Below are positions 29,735 through 43,139 of a stretch of DNA of 64,000 nt, in pieces. A model generated the notes under the pieces. That model had not been told where the DNA came from, made no database searches, and was given only the letters and a program-made list of their open reading frames with translations. Location: assembly GCA_951406725.2 (NCBI GenBank), contig OX597814.1, positions 143,034,001-143,098,000 of the forward strand, written 5' to 3'. This DNA comes from Octopus vulgaris. Its lineage: Eukaryota. Position 1 is the stretch's first letter. Each line of letters opens with the position of its first letter. Made by a program: the position numbers and the translations under genes.

Positions 29735-30035
29735 ATATTATCATGAGAGAAAAAGAAAAGATTGATAAATACGGAGATCTCAGAATTGAGATTGCTAAGA
29801 TGAGGCAGCTACAAGTGTTAAATATTAAAGTTGCCCCTATTGACATCGGAGCATTGGGTTCAATACCATCCAACCTGAATAAAAACGTCTGGAAACTTTA
29901 GAACTACCCTACAATCTGGGCGTATTGTCAAAATCGGCATAATTTGAAACTGACGCATATTGCGTAAAGTACTGTCTGTCTGAAGTACTTGTGACTTGAC
30001 AGACAGTACAAACCTCCGGTAGACACAATATCTTC
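29735..30035 (+). mobile_element. R4/Dong-type 3' tail (different family)
   Basis: EKEKIDKYGDLRIEIAKM..VAPIDIGALGSIP, an RLE C-terminus. Confidence 0.7.
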
Positions 30036-30078
30036 AATTAAGAACATCATGATATTGGATACTGTGCGACGTCTTTAA

Positions 30079-30223
<145 letters not shown>

Positions 30224-30613
30224 TGGCTCTGATCTGTCAGCAGCTGAAGACACAGAAACACTAGTACAACCCAGCAGGATAACTGAAAAAAGTAACTCTA
30301 AAAGACTGGAATATCTACGGTTCTCTGTATTTTGAATTTCCCTCAAAATAAGTTTAGGAACTTCCATATCTACAGCTTACAAACGAACACCTCAAAAAAA
30401 ATTTATAAACTTTAATATCTCCAATTTTGTGTGAACATTTTGTCTTCCCTTCTTCCCTGACTAACAGATTATGTAAACCTCTTTTTATTGCAACAACACA
30501 ATTAAATGCACGATAAAAATTAAGGAAGTAAGCACTTGCCGATATATACATACTGCACAACTACAAAAACTGTAAACCACAGCAAAACTTCTAAGAAGAA
30601 AAGAAAAAGAAAT

Positions 30614-30835
30614 TCAGAAATCTGGATGGTTATACATTTACAGATTTTTATTAATATGTCACATGTTTTTATAAATCATATATTAGCGCTTGCATCTACT
30701 CTAGTAGAATCTTCAGATTCGAATTCAAATCTGAAGATTCTACTAGAGTCGATGCAAGCGCTATTATATGTGATTTATAAAAACATGTGACATATTAATA
30801 ATAACCTGTAAATGTATAACCATCCAGATTTCTGA
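30614..30835. repeat. ~220-bp near-perfect palindrome
   Basis: Arms TCAGAAATCTGGATGG...CTTCAGATT and AATCTGAAG...CCATCCAGATTTCTGA with few mismatches; short spacer near 30720-30727. Confidence 0.9.
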
Positions 30836-30882
30836 GTACCTTATTTCTTCTAGTATATAATACCTGTACATCACCTCCAAAC

Positions 30883-30928
<46 letters not shown>

Positions 30929-31362
30929 GTTTTTTCTACCAGTAATTACAAATAGAACAGGTCGAATTGCTTCTTTTCAAGGCAGCACTCTCGGTGGTCA
31001 GTGGTTACTGGTAGTAGTAAACATACTTGACCTCCCCACCATCTGCCGAATCTATTTATAGACCTGTAGAATATGATCTATTTACCATACTGCTACCCAA
31101 CTAGTTCCTTAAACAATGGTAGTGGTCGTGATGGTGATAAAAATAAAAATAATAATAATATTCTGCAGCTGCTAATGCTAAATACTACTAATACTACAAT
31201 AATAATAATACAACTACTACTATTATGATAGCACATGAATCTGAGGCCCAGCTACCACCCTTACCACTATCCTCACCCCTACTACTGTTGCTGTTGCTGC
31301 AACCACTGCTGCTACTACAGCTAAAAACAATAATATCAGTGATATCAGTGATGATGATGATG

Positions 31363-31448
<86 letters not shown>

Positions 31449-31450
<2 letters not shown>

Positions 31451-33072
31451 AAGTTAACGGGTGGAGCCTCATGGGCTGATGAGTAATGATACATCTAGTG
31501 ATGGTGTCACAATAAAAATACTGGTAATTGTGCAACCTGATAATTGATACCACATATCAGTGACAATGAGTAAACAAAATATTCTGAATAACGGTGGTAA
31601 TGAAACTGAAGCCATTGATGGTGACAGTGTTGCACCCGGTAGGTTCAGAAATTCTGGTCCGGCTCCAGCCAGTCGATATCCAGAATGGGACCACCATACA
31701 CGGCGCAGATGGAGCAAGCAAACTAATGCTGTGGTCATGGAGTGTTACTACCTGAGCAATCCTGTAGATGAAAATGGTGCTTGAATTAGAGGTTACCGAC
31801 AACGTATGTATGATCATTAGAGAGAAAAGGGATTGTTTCAACTCACGGAAATCAAATGGACGGAATAAGATCGAAGCTATCAACACCTGGGCAGTTTCAC
31901 TCCTTAGATATGGAGCAGGGATAATCGTATGGACAGTAGACGAACTAAACAGATTAGACAGAAAGACAAGGAAGTTGCTAACTAGATATAGGTTACTCCA
32001 CCCAAAAGGTGACACAGGCAGACTGTATGTACCAAGAAAAAGAGGGTGAAGAGGACTTATTGGATGCGAACACAGAATTAGAGCAGAAGAAAACAACATG
32101 GCATGCTATGTAAAAAAATGCCACAGAACTGCTATTATTAGAAGTAAGAAGGTCAAACTTGTGTAGGATGAAAGATTACAAAGATAAAGCATTATACAAG
32201 AAATTGAAAACGAATGAATCTGAAAATAGATAGGTAAAGAAAAGAATGCATAGTCAATTTCATAGGGATGTTGAAGATAAGACAGACAGACAAAGAAAAA
32301 AGATGGCTGTGGATGATTGAAATTGATTTAAAACTGGAAATGGAGGCTCTAATCTGTGCTGCCCAAGAGCAAGCACTAAGAACAAACTACATAAAATACA
32401 GAATAGACAACACAGCAGAAAGTGATAGGTGCAGAATCTGTGGACAAAATAGTGAAACCGTATGGCATATTACCAGCTAATGTATGCCACTAACCCAGAA
32501 GGAATACAAGAGATGCCACAAAAATATACCCAGGCTTGTCTATTGGACGCTTTGCAACAAGTATGGACTTGACAGAGCAAAAAATTGGTACGACCACAAA
32601 CATGAAGGCATCATCGAAAATGGAAACGCAAAGATCCTATGGGATTTTATGATTCAGTGCGACCATGAGATAGAGAATAGGAAGCCGGACATAGTGTTAA
32701 TTGAGAAAGAAAACAAACTATGCTGGATCATAGATATAGCATGCCCAGGTGACAACAAGGTATGCGATAAGGAAGAAAGAAAAGTCGAGAGATATGACAG
32801 GTTAGCTTGGGAGGTTAAGCAGTTGTGGTCGATGAAAAACGTAGTACCAATAATTGCCGGAGCCCTGGGAACAGTGAGCAAAAATCTCGAGAAGTACGTG
32901 GAACAAATAGGGGCTAAAATAGGGTGGAGCACTTGCAGACGACATCACTGCTTGGAACCGCTCGAATACTCGGGAAGGTGCTTTAAAAATAAGAGGTGTT
33001 ACCTTAGTTCACTGGTAGTGAATAGCTGACACTGTAATACATCTCCAGTGTTAGAAGCTGTGCAAAGGCAAT
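31449..33072 (+). mobile_element. Internally deleted R4/Dong-type LINE retaining both ends
   Basis: N-terminus RRRWSKQTNAVVMECYYLS..RGYRQRM is joined directly to NGRNKIEAINTWAV..LHPKGD..RLYVPRK, then CRICG..HI and ILWDFMIQCD..RKPDIV; (AAT)n on both sides. Confidence 0.85.
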
Positions 33073-33399
33073 CAATAATAATAATAATAATGATGATGAT
33101 GATGATGATGATGATGATAATATGGTTATTCAAAACCTATATTTTATAAATAAACATTGAACAGATATCAGCTTATTGTACTCAAACATGTAATATCTAG
33201 TAATTCTTCTTTTAATAGTATGTAAATGTTTATCAGATGTCATATCCTAATAAGCTTCTCTGTACAGTGTCAAGTGTTTCAAATAGTGATATCTATTTGA
33301 TATCACTCTTTGATCCTGATTTATACTCGATCCGTCTATTTATGCTCATCTCGAAAAACTTCAATTTTATTTATGCATACGTGAGTGACCGGAACGACA

Positions 33400-33810
33400 A
33401 AAAATAGTCCATCCATATTCTTTGCTCAGTATTCTTAGGATTGTCGTGAAGATAGATTTCTTATGCGCCTCACCTATGGTGTCCTTCCAGAAGCAACCGT
33501 TATAATTGTTTCCGGCTGGATTCCAAAGCATGGCCAACTGAAACTATGGATATTATCCAACCATCTTGTTCTTGGTCTACGTCTAGGGCTCCTGTCAATT
33601 GGCTCAGCTTGAAGAATCCGTCTTACGAACCTTTCTTGAGATATTCTTAGTACTGGAGCTATGACCACACAATGCGGAGTAGTGACTCGACCTGAAGAAG
33701 CCCTTTGATCTCTGAGCTATGCACTCTGTTTACTAATGTTACGCCAGAGACCTTTTGGAGAAACTCCGTTTCGACCTCTAACTTTCGCGACTGTACCCTT
33801 TCAGACTACA
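33400..33810 (-). pseudogene. RTE-clade LINE 3' fragment
   Basis: VLRISQERFVRRILQAEPIDRSPRRRPRTRWLDNI matches an RTE ORF C-terminus. Confidence 0.65.
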
Positions 33811-34814
33811 AAATCGTGGGTATGATTTTTCAGTTTTACGGATATAACCAAAGTTAGTCAGATTATTAAAGCATACTCATCAGAAAAGAAAGTTGATTCT
33901 GATCTATTGTTATCAACACCCACGATTTCTAACATCCCTGCAGTGCAATTCTGGACGTACTGAAGTCATCCGTTGTTGCCAGAGTTATTCTAATGTCCTG
34001 TGACACATAATATATAACCTCTCTGTCAACATGATTTTTGGAGTCTGGATCTCAAGCCTGGACCATCGAGTCTTACAGGATTTTTGTGGAATAAATGATC
34101 ACGAAAGTACTCATACCACTGAATTGCTACATCAGTACTAATACCATTTAGTGACAGAATAGATAACTGGAATTTCACATACAAAGCTTAATGCAGTTTG
34201 AAATACGACAGCGTCAATATAGTTTTATCAAGAAATGTGTTACTTTGCATAGAAGCTGACTTTTTGCATTTAAATGTCTCCAAAAACAACATCAAAGATA
34301 ACTTTGAGATTGTGACAACGTTAAGAACACACACACACAAACACACAAAAATACGCAACTTGCCATTGGCAATAATGCAGTTCGTTTGTAAAAGCTGCAC
34401 ATCAGCATAAAGTTCTGAAATGTTCAATATTTCTATTAGTGGAGTTAGCCATTTTGAATTGTTACAAAACAATCTAGATAGTAAAACAATGCTTACAACT
34501 ATTTCAAAATAAGTATTTGAAATGTTTCTTTTCTTTATTACAGATTCTCTGTCTTTGATGTTCAAACCAAAAGTCTGAAGAACATTTTTAGAGGTATGAT
34601 AGAAATAGGAAATGAAGTTGAGAGAACATGATCCCAAGCTCCTCCAGTATCTTTATGCGAATTTTATTTGCTGTCGGGAGCAATATTAACTTCACATTTA
34701 CTAATTTTGGTAGATGACAATATATAATGTATATATATAATATACATATATAATGTATATATAATGTATATATAATATACACAATATATAATATATAATA
34801 TATACGTGACTTAA

Positions 34815-35310
34815 ACTGGCATGTTTCTTTATGGGTCAACTGTAAGGTATACCACGCTATAGTGCTTTCTTTTCTATTGTATGGTGCTGAATCTTGGAAT
34901 TCTATAAGGCTCAACTAGACAAGTTACGTGCATATATAAGACAGCTGATACAAATTATGAATATCGCTCTGTTTGACAAAGAATACGAATGAAGTGATCT
35001 TCCAGCGTGCTGGTCTGCCTACAACAATGGAAATCCTTATTGACAGACATTTACGATGGTTGGGACACGTATATAAGATGGACAATAGCCACCACATCAG
35101 ACAACTCCTTTCTTCCTAACTATGCAAGGGAAAAAGAAACCATAGAAAACTTCAACTGAGATTCAATGTTACTGCAAAAAAAAAAAAAAAGGAAGGAATT
35201 GATCATAATAAATGGAAAACCCAAGCTAAAAACCCACCTGTGTGGAGAAAGCTTATCAAGTCATGCCAAAACTATGAGCAGACGTAGTCGCGACGACTGA
35301 CTGCAGATAG
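34815..35310 (+). pseudogene. RTE (BovB-like) LINE 3' fragment
   Basis: KVYHAIVLSFLLYGAESW..ILIDRHLRWLGHVYKMDNSHHIRQLL..GKRN, with frameshifts. Confidence 0.7.
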
Positions 35311-36000
35311 TGATATCGTGAGTTAATAAAAATATAATCCTTAAGTAAAATACGTGTACAACTCATTGGTAAATTTTCTCAATTAAAGGGCGACAGAAGT
35401 TCAAATATTAGGGAGGTCAACTTTGTTCTCTTTCTTTCTGGAATTGCTAAAAAAAAACTTCAGTGATATTTCTTTTTATCTCGCAGTAAATGGTTGCAAC
35501 GCAGTGGATTTCACCAAAAGCACGCAAGTGCCAGGGGCGATGGTGTTTAACTTGCCGCCGATGGATTAAGTCTACCTACCACCCAGGAGAAACTATCATT
35601 CATAAAAAGTAACGAACACAACCTTTCGGTTAAGGTTTCTATTATTGTTGTTTTACCTTCTGTTGTTGTTGCAGCTGTTGCTGTTATTGTTGTATTTCTT
35701 ACGTAGATCTAAGTGATCCCTAATCCCCCTAATCGAGTAAACCTGTGATACAGTGTTTAATTACAAATTCCCCCCTTTTTTTTTTCAATCTGACATATAT
35801 ATTTTCCAGGATTATGTTATCCACTATTGTCCTTCCAATTCTTTTTAAGTCGGTAGGGTGCAGTGTGAGGTTACTAGCCCTATGAATTTCAACGAGTTTT
35901 CCTCTGTTAAATGTTATCTGATAGATGTATGTATATATATATATCCTGCTCTCTCTATATATATCTCCCTCACACACACACTATATATATATACACACAC

Positions 36001-36099
<99 letters not shown>

Positions 36100-36194
36100 C
36101 ATATATATATATATAATATAATATATAAATATATGCATATATACATACATATATGTACATACCTGCATATATATGTATATATATATGCATATAT

Positions 36195-36715
36195 AGGAAC
36201 AGGACGTAAAAAAAACGTTGAACACAATGAAAAACGAAAACATAAAAACAAAAACATACAAAACGAACTTTACTTCGAACAGCCAAAAATAAACCAAACA
36301 AACGGAGAAATGAAACATGCAACATAAAGAATATTCCCCTTCATCAATTGCCCCTGTTTCATCTACTCCACGGTTTCGAAAGCAAGGACAATACGCGACT
36401 TAGTTGAAACAGTGCTTCCCACAGAGCAAATTAAATAAAATTCGGGACTTTTTGCGGAGGGTAAAAGTGGTAACAAGAACAGGACAGTGAGAATAATACT
36501 GTAAAAACAAACGGTGAGGGTTGTTAAGCCAAGACGATAGAAAAAATATTATGAACGCTAGGAAGACAAGCTTATGAGAGGAGACAGGTATAAGCACGCA
36601 TTGTCCTTAGGAAGGAGATGGGCAGAAAGAATGATTCTCTTTCGTCACGTGTCAGCGACGAGAGAGTCAAGGAGGAAGAGTGAGAGAGAGAGGGAGCGGT
36701 GAAGAGGAGAGAAGA
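36195..36715 (-). mobile_element. Probable PLE terminal-repeat remnant within (TA)n
   Basis: Non-coding insert between (TA)n tracts, T-rich on the minus strand, with only degenerate TGATGA / CGAAAC motifs. Confidence 0.35.
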
Positions 36716-36723
36716 TATATATA

Positions 36724-37020
36724 TACTCTTTTACTCTTTTACTTGTTTCAGTCATTTGACTGTGGCCATGCTGGAGCACCGCCTTTTTAATCGAGCAACT
36801 TGATCCCGGGACTTATTCTTTTGTAAGCCCAGTACTTATTCTATCGGTCTCTTTTGCCGAACCGCTAAGTAACGGGGACATAGACACACCAGCATCGGTT
36901 GTCAAGCAATGCTAGGGGGACAAACACAGACACACAAACACACACATATATATATATATACATATATACGACGGGCTTCTTTCAGTTTCCGTCTACCAAA
37001 TCCACTCACAAGGCTTTGGT
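36724..37020 (-). mobile_element. SINE family A, 5'-truncated
   Basis: Reverse complement of the family A body and tail. Confidence 0.85.
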
Positions 37021-37601
37021 CATTTATATATAATCATTTCTGCTTACTTTGCATACGAATGAGGGATGATGTAGCTAGAACTAACCTGAATTACGAAACA
37101 GCTGTCCACTAATGGAATAAACGTCTATTCCCTCACTGCACTTATTCAATCAATCTTATATACGCATCTCACATATGGGTGCGCGCACGCGTGTGGTTGT
37201 GTCTAGAACTCATATAAATTTCAATCAACGTTAATTAGAAGACAAACTGCTTTTAAAACAATAAGGTGTGGGAAGGAAGAATCTTTTCAAGTCTAGATTC
37301 TTTCATTCTGTAAACAAACAAAAAAATAAATAGATAAATAGATAAAAAAAAAAGATAAAATAAAATATAAAAAATGCAACGATGGAAACAGTGATGATGT
37401 TCCATCAGATTCTACGTAGCAAACCAGGCATGGCTTTGTGGTAAAGTTCGCTCCCAAACCATGCGGTTCTGCGTTCGATTCTACTGCACGTCACATTCGG
37501 TAAATATCATAGTCTTAGATTGGCCTATATTTTGTAAGTGAAATATGATAGAAGGAAGTGCAGAAGTGCGCTTTGTAAATGTGCGAGCGCGCGAGTGCGC
37601 A

Positions 37602-37642
<41 letters not shown>

Positions 37643-38398
37643 AATGTAAAAATGATTTTAAAATCGGCGAAAGACCAAAGAAAATGGTGCTCTTCAAAGT
37701 ACTTCGTGACATTTGTTATTCACCGAGTTACACACGATCCCTTGGCAATATTGGTTTCAAATTTTGGCACAAGGCCAGCAATTACATCGACACCAGTGTG
37801 CAACCGGTACTTATTTTATCGATCCCGAAAGTATAAAATGCATAGTCGACCCTAGCGACATTTGAATTCAGAACGTAAAATCAGTAGAAATGCCGTAAAT
37901 TTTTTTTCTCTCCGGTGCGGTAACAATTCTGTCTACACGCCGCCGACCCTGGAATCACAAAAGGCAAGTCGGTCTTGGTGGAATTTGAACTGAGAACCCT
38001 TGGTAATATTGCCACCAGGAGTGCAGCGAGAACGGGTAGAAGATTGATTTGTTGGAAAGCTGCAGTAAGCGACGCGATTGTTCAACAACTCCTATATAAC
38101 ATATATGAAATAAAAACCAAAATAAACTATTTAGCAGAAGGTGACAGTATATCTATCATCATAAACTGTCATCAGACGAGTTAATGGGAGTCTTCGGCAA
38201 TATCTACAGAAATTTAATGTTAAATTACCTATAGATTTTGATGTATTATCGAGGAAAGACGACAGCAGAACATGAAATATAAAATCAATTTCCAATAATC
38301 GAAGTTGACTGATTGTGGTTAGGATACGGTTCACTAACAATGTTTGTACGTTTGTATGCGTCTGTATGATATATATATATATATATATATAACACATA

Positions 38399-38474
<76 letters not shown>

Positions 38475-38569
38475 GTCTTACACACACACACACACACATA
38501 TATACGAGTGAGTGAACAAACGAAAGAAAGTTATACGCAACACATCTGGAGAGATTTATATATATGTTT

Positions 38570-38715
38570 GTGGAAGTGCGTGGCTTAGTGTTTAGGGTGT
38601 TGGACTCACGAGCGTAAGACTGTGGTTTCGATTCATGGACCAGGCAATCCGTTGTGTTCTTGAGGAAAACACTTGACGTCGCTCCAGTCCATTTACCTGT
38701 AGAAATAAGTTTAGC
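38570..38715 (+). mobile_element. SINE family C head
   Basis: GCGTGGCTTAGTG..GGTTTCGATTC..GTGTTCTTGAG. Confidence 0.7.
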
Positions 38716-38935
38716 CTGGAGAGGGGTGGGCTCCACCAAGCTTTCTCACCCTAGATATTACGCATGGCCGCAGCACCCCAACGACACCCAAGGGACTTGT
38801 CAATTGTCAACATACACGTTTAACATAACTCTGCATAACTTAAATTGTCGTGAGCGCATATTAAACGTTCATCGTATCAGACGCTTGTAGCATCTGGCAA
38901 GCTGGACGTGTTAAGCTGTTTGTATATGACCTTTC

Positions 38936-39307
38936 ATGATGGCGGCGAACTGGCAGAAACGTTAGCACGCCGGGCGAAATGCGTAGCCGTATTTCGTCTG
39001 CCGCTGCGTTCTGAGTTCAAATTCCGCCGAGGTCGACCTTGCCTTTCATCCTTTAGAGGTCGATAAATTACGCGCTGGGGTCGATGTAATCGACTTAATC
39101 CGTTTGTCTGTCCTTGTTTGTCTCCTCTGTGTGTAGCCCCCTGTTGGCAGTAAAGAAATAGGTATTTCATCTGTCGTTACGTTCTGAGTTCAAATTCCGC
39201 CGAGGTTGACTTTGCCGTTCATCCTTTCGGGGTCGATAAATAATCCCTTTGTCTATCCTTGTTTGTCCCCTCTATGTTTAACCCCTTGTGGGCAATATAG
39301 AAATATA
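38936..39307 (+). mobile_element. SINE family B dimer with 13-bp TSD
   Basis: TATATGACCTTTC at 38923-38935 and 39308-39320 flanks the whole dimer. Confidence 0.85.
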
Positions 39308-39927
39308 TATATGACCTTTCTTTCTTGGTTCGGCCGTCATCCGTGCAACATCTGTATTCCTCCCTGTGCCCGTGAAATCTTGTATCCCTGCCGTAAGGAT
39401 TTACTTCCACACACGCCTCGGTTACTTCCACACATACAGGATACTCCATTATAATCTTTTTTCTTTTTTTTTTTTTTGTCGCAAATTTTTCATCAGAACT
39501 AGAGAATAAAGGAATTACATGCTACAATAATAGCAATAAGCATGTAATTCTTTTATTCTCTAGCTCTGAAGAAAAAATTGTTAAAAAAAATTATAATGGA
39601 GTATACTGATTATGTTGAAAACCGATATGGTCTTATGCTACCGAGGAAAGCGGTTTATTTCAAATTTATGTAATGCTTGCAGTGATAAAGAATTACATGC
39701 TACAATAATAGCAATAAGCATGTAATTCTTTTATTCTCTAGTTCTGATAAAAAATTTGCTAAAAAAAATTATAATGGAGTATCCTGTATGTTGAAAACCT
39801 ATATGGTCTTATGCTATCGAGGAAAGTTGTATATGTTGTACCGCCATATAAAAAAGAAAAGTTTTAATTCAGTATAAAACACCCATTTGTTGTTTGGACA
39901 ACCCAGTTACACGAACATAGTAAAGTA

Positions 39928-40802
39928 CGTAGTCTGAGCAATAAGTATCTGGACCGTTGCTATAGTCACGAAGTTAAAGCACACAGAGTGAAGCCGCTTG
40001 GCACAGATAGACCTTGAATTCTGCTCTGCCTGAGCACTAAGTTTTAACATTCTAATTCACTTTCTATGCTTACAGCAGTGTTTGGAAAGAAGGTGTGTAG
40101 CGTGTGATCGTCGCATTGACCATGACAGAGAAAGTTTAGCAGAGACTCTGCATCAAATTTTGCCAAAAGCTTAGCGATACCTGCTCAGAGGCCTACGCAA
40201 AGTTTTCAAAAAGTTTTCATCGTTTTCAACACAATCAAGGAGATCTTGTGCAACTGAAACCCGAGTATTCTTTTGGTCAGCTGAAAGCAGTTTTGGCACA
40301 AATTTAGCAGACACATGTCTCATACCCAAGTCTTCAATGGTAATGGACTAAACTGAACCGTAACTAATCTGCTCATCTTCTGATACCTCACGGATGGTGA
40401 TTCGACGATTTCCCCTCACAGTTGCACGAACATCTGCAATGTTTTTCTCAGTTCTGCTGGTCTCCCAGAACGTTTGTCAATATCGACATTTTTTCGTCCA
40501 TCTAGGAAACGTCTGAACCATTCGTACACTTGTGAGCGGCTCATATACACTTTCTGCAACATTGCGTATACCTCTGAGCAGGTATCATCATGACAACTTT
40601 CTCTGTCATAATCAATGCGACGATCACACGCTTCACATCTTCCTTCGAAGCACTGCTGTAAACAGCGGAAGTGAGGTGGAACGTCAAAACTTAGTGCGCA
40701 TGCACAGCAAAGTTCAAGTTCAATCTGTGCAAGCGGCTTTACTCTGCGTGCTTTAGCTTCGTTACTATGGCAGAAATCCGGAGAGTTATTGATCATACCT
40801 TG
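39928..40802. mobile_element. Mariner-derived foldback element (two inverted 5' ends)
   Basis: TA on both flanks; ~270-bp diverged inverted arms; minus arm encodes MSRSQVYEWFRRFLDGRKNVDIDKRSGRP (mariner HTH). Confidence 0.8.
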
Positions 40803-41074
40803 TATACGTGAAATACAGATGGCTTCTACAAATTGCTAATGATATTTGAAAAGATGAGCTTGACAATGACAAACTGTCAAGTGCAAAGACACAAAGATGC
40901 AAATATGGGCAAATTCTTAAAATGATAGGCCCATCAGCTTTTGCATGTACGCGCGCATACATACACCCCCCCCCCACACACACACATTACCTTGAATTTA
41001 TTGGTATCTGATTATTTGATGCATTGGGTCAGACTGTAAAACATGTGATTTTTTACAATTGCACGAACTAAAAG

Positions 41075-41445
41075 TCAGAGGAGGACGGGATAAACTACTT
41101 GCATCAACTTGCTATAAAAACAGGTAGTAATTTTACCTTGTACTTATTCCTTGTGCTAGTTTTAATGAGTGCAGTTCGATTTTAACAGTTATTTTTTCAA
41201 AGCTATAATGGACGTGACAAAGGAGTATATTCAGCATATTTTGCTTTATGAGTTAAAAAAGGTCAACAACGCAATGGAAAGTGCGAGGAATATTAATGCA
41301 GTATATGGAGATCAGACAAAAAGCATAAGCCAGTGTCAGCGGTGGTTCCATATATTCAAAACTGGAAACTACAGCCTAGAAGACGAGCCCCGTCCTGGAA
41401 TATTTGTAGAGCTTGACGAGGACGTCCAGCAAAGCCTGGTGGAAT
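41075..41445 (+). pseudogene. Mariner transposase N-terminal fragment, truncated by a SINE B copy (41447-41590)
   Basis: MDVTKEYIQHILLYE..ARNINAVYG..QCQRWFHIFKTGNYSLEDEPRPG. Confidence 0.8.
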
Positions 41446-41861
41446 GTCCTGAGTTCAAATTCTGCGGGGGTCGACTTTGCCTTCCATCCTTTCGGGATCG
41501 ATAAATTAAGTAGCAGTTGCGTACTGGGGTCGATCTAATCGACTGGCCCCCTCTCCAAAATTTCGGGCTTTGTGCCTAGAGTAGAAAAGAAGATGTCTGG
41601 CTCCATACTACTCCCAAATCAGCTTCTATATAAAGTTATCTTATTACCATTTTGCTTGTATAGTCTTTTTTGAAACAATTATAAAAATAAATTACGGGAT
41701 AATTTCTTCCCCCGTATATATACATATTCTTTCATATACTCACACACAAGGTCGTGTATGTAGGTATATATATATGCCTCTGATGAAAGTAGCATTAAAT
41801 TTTCTTAAGTCGTTCAATTTTCCTTAGTTGATCAATTGACCAATTGAGTAAACCTATCAGT

Positions 41862-42106
41862 TCCTTCTCGAGCGATGCCAGGCTCATAAGGGCAGGTTTC
41901 CCGGTTTCGGTGGCGTAGAAATTCCCCACCTGGACGGGACGTCGGTCTGTCGCAGGATTACTCACTTTTGCCAGCTCAGAGGACTGGAGCAACGTGAAAT
42001 GAAATGTTTTGCTCAAGAACACAACACACCGCCCGGTCCAGGAATCGAAACCACAACCTTACGATCATGAGTTCAACACCCTAACCACTAAGGCATGCGC
42101 CCCCAC
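41862..42106 (-). mobile_element. SINE family C-type full copy with 12-bp TSD
   Basis: tRNA head on the minus strand; AAACCTATCAGT at 41850-41861 and 42107-42118. Confidence 0.85.
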
Positions 42107-43139
42107 AAACCTATCAGTAGTGTACCTCTAATGGTTACTGGAAACAGCTGTAACCCAAATTTGCACCAATAAAGGAAAAATATGTAATGACAATTATTTT
42201 TTACTTGATTCTTATATAGTTTTATATATGTCTGCGTGTATGTAAGACTACGCGCCTTCGTTGGTCAGTTAAAGTTGAGACAGTGTCACGTGACAACTTG
42301 CTGGAGCCTAGCAACAGGTATTTAAAGGGAAAAAATTTGACAAGTCAGTCAGTCGCCCGCAGTTGACGCTACATCGAAGAGGCCAGGAAACAGAAGAAAG
42401 AAGACATGCACCCAACACCAGAGCTGAAGACACCTCCGAAAGGGGGTCCCCGCCACGTCAAAACGGTAGAGGAGTAGGGGCGGAATGGATCCTATATAGG
42501 AGCTGTTGTGGTAGCAGACCACGAAACACGGCTGAACTTCCTATGTATGTATGTATGTATTTGTACATACATACATACAAACACATATATATGTTTCATA
42601 CATACATTTTTACTGTTTAATGTTTATATCATTTATTGAATAGAAAGTAGTATAATATTCGTGATATACATGGTGTCGTCATAAAAGTTCATAAGCAATT
42701 TAATATATATTTTTTTATAATATTTGTTCTATAAATTATAGAATTAATCGTTAACGAAATGCTTAGAAGCCTAATGCAGCTGTTTTAGCGTCGCCAATAA
42801 GAAAAAGTAGAATATTATTATAATTGTTTAGTAATTTTAAAAACTTAATAATCGGATCAGTTTTATTACAGGGTGTCATGTAATGGCTACTGTTTATTCA
42901 ATTAAAATGCTGTTCTATAGATGACTTGCGGCGGGCAAGGCTAATTAATGCGTTTTAGATTATAACTGAAAATCAGCTGCAAAACGTATTTGTAGATGTT
43001 CAGAGCTGCATCATGCTTTGTAGAACAGCAATAGTTGAAGACATGATTAGAATTAACAAGCTCAAGAAGCGATTCGTTTAAAGATATAATAAATCTTCCA
43101 TCCATTTCAAATATTAATTCTAAAATCTATCGCTTATCT

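Noticed and set aside
31449-31500. GAAA...CTGATGAG at the Dong 5' end as a hammerhead
   Set aside because: Stems I and III cannot be formed around a UH site.
39320-39350. Minus-strand CGGATGACGGCCGAACC as a minimal hammerhead
   Set aside because: Core mismatched and no GAAA, stem III or UH, even after removing the adjacent SINE insertion.
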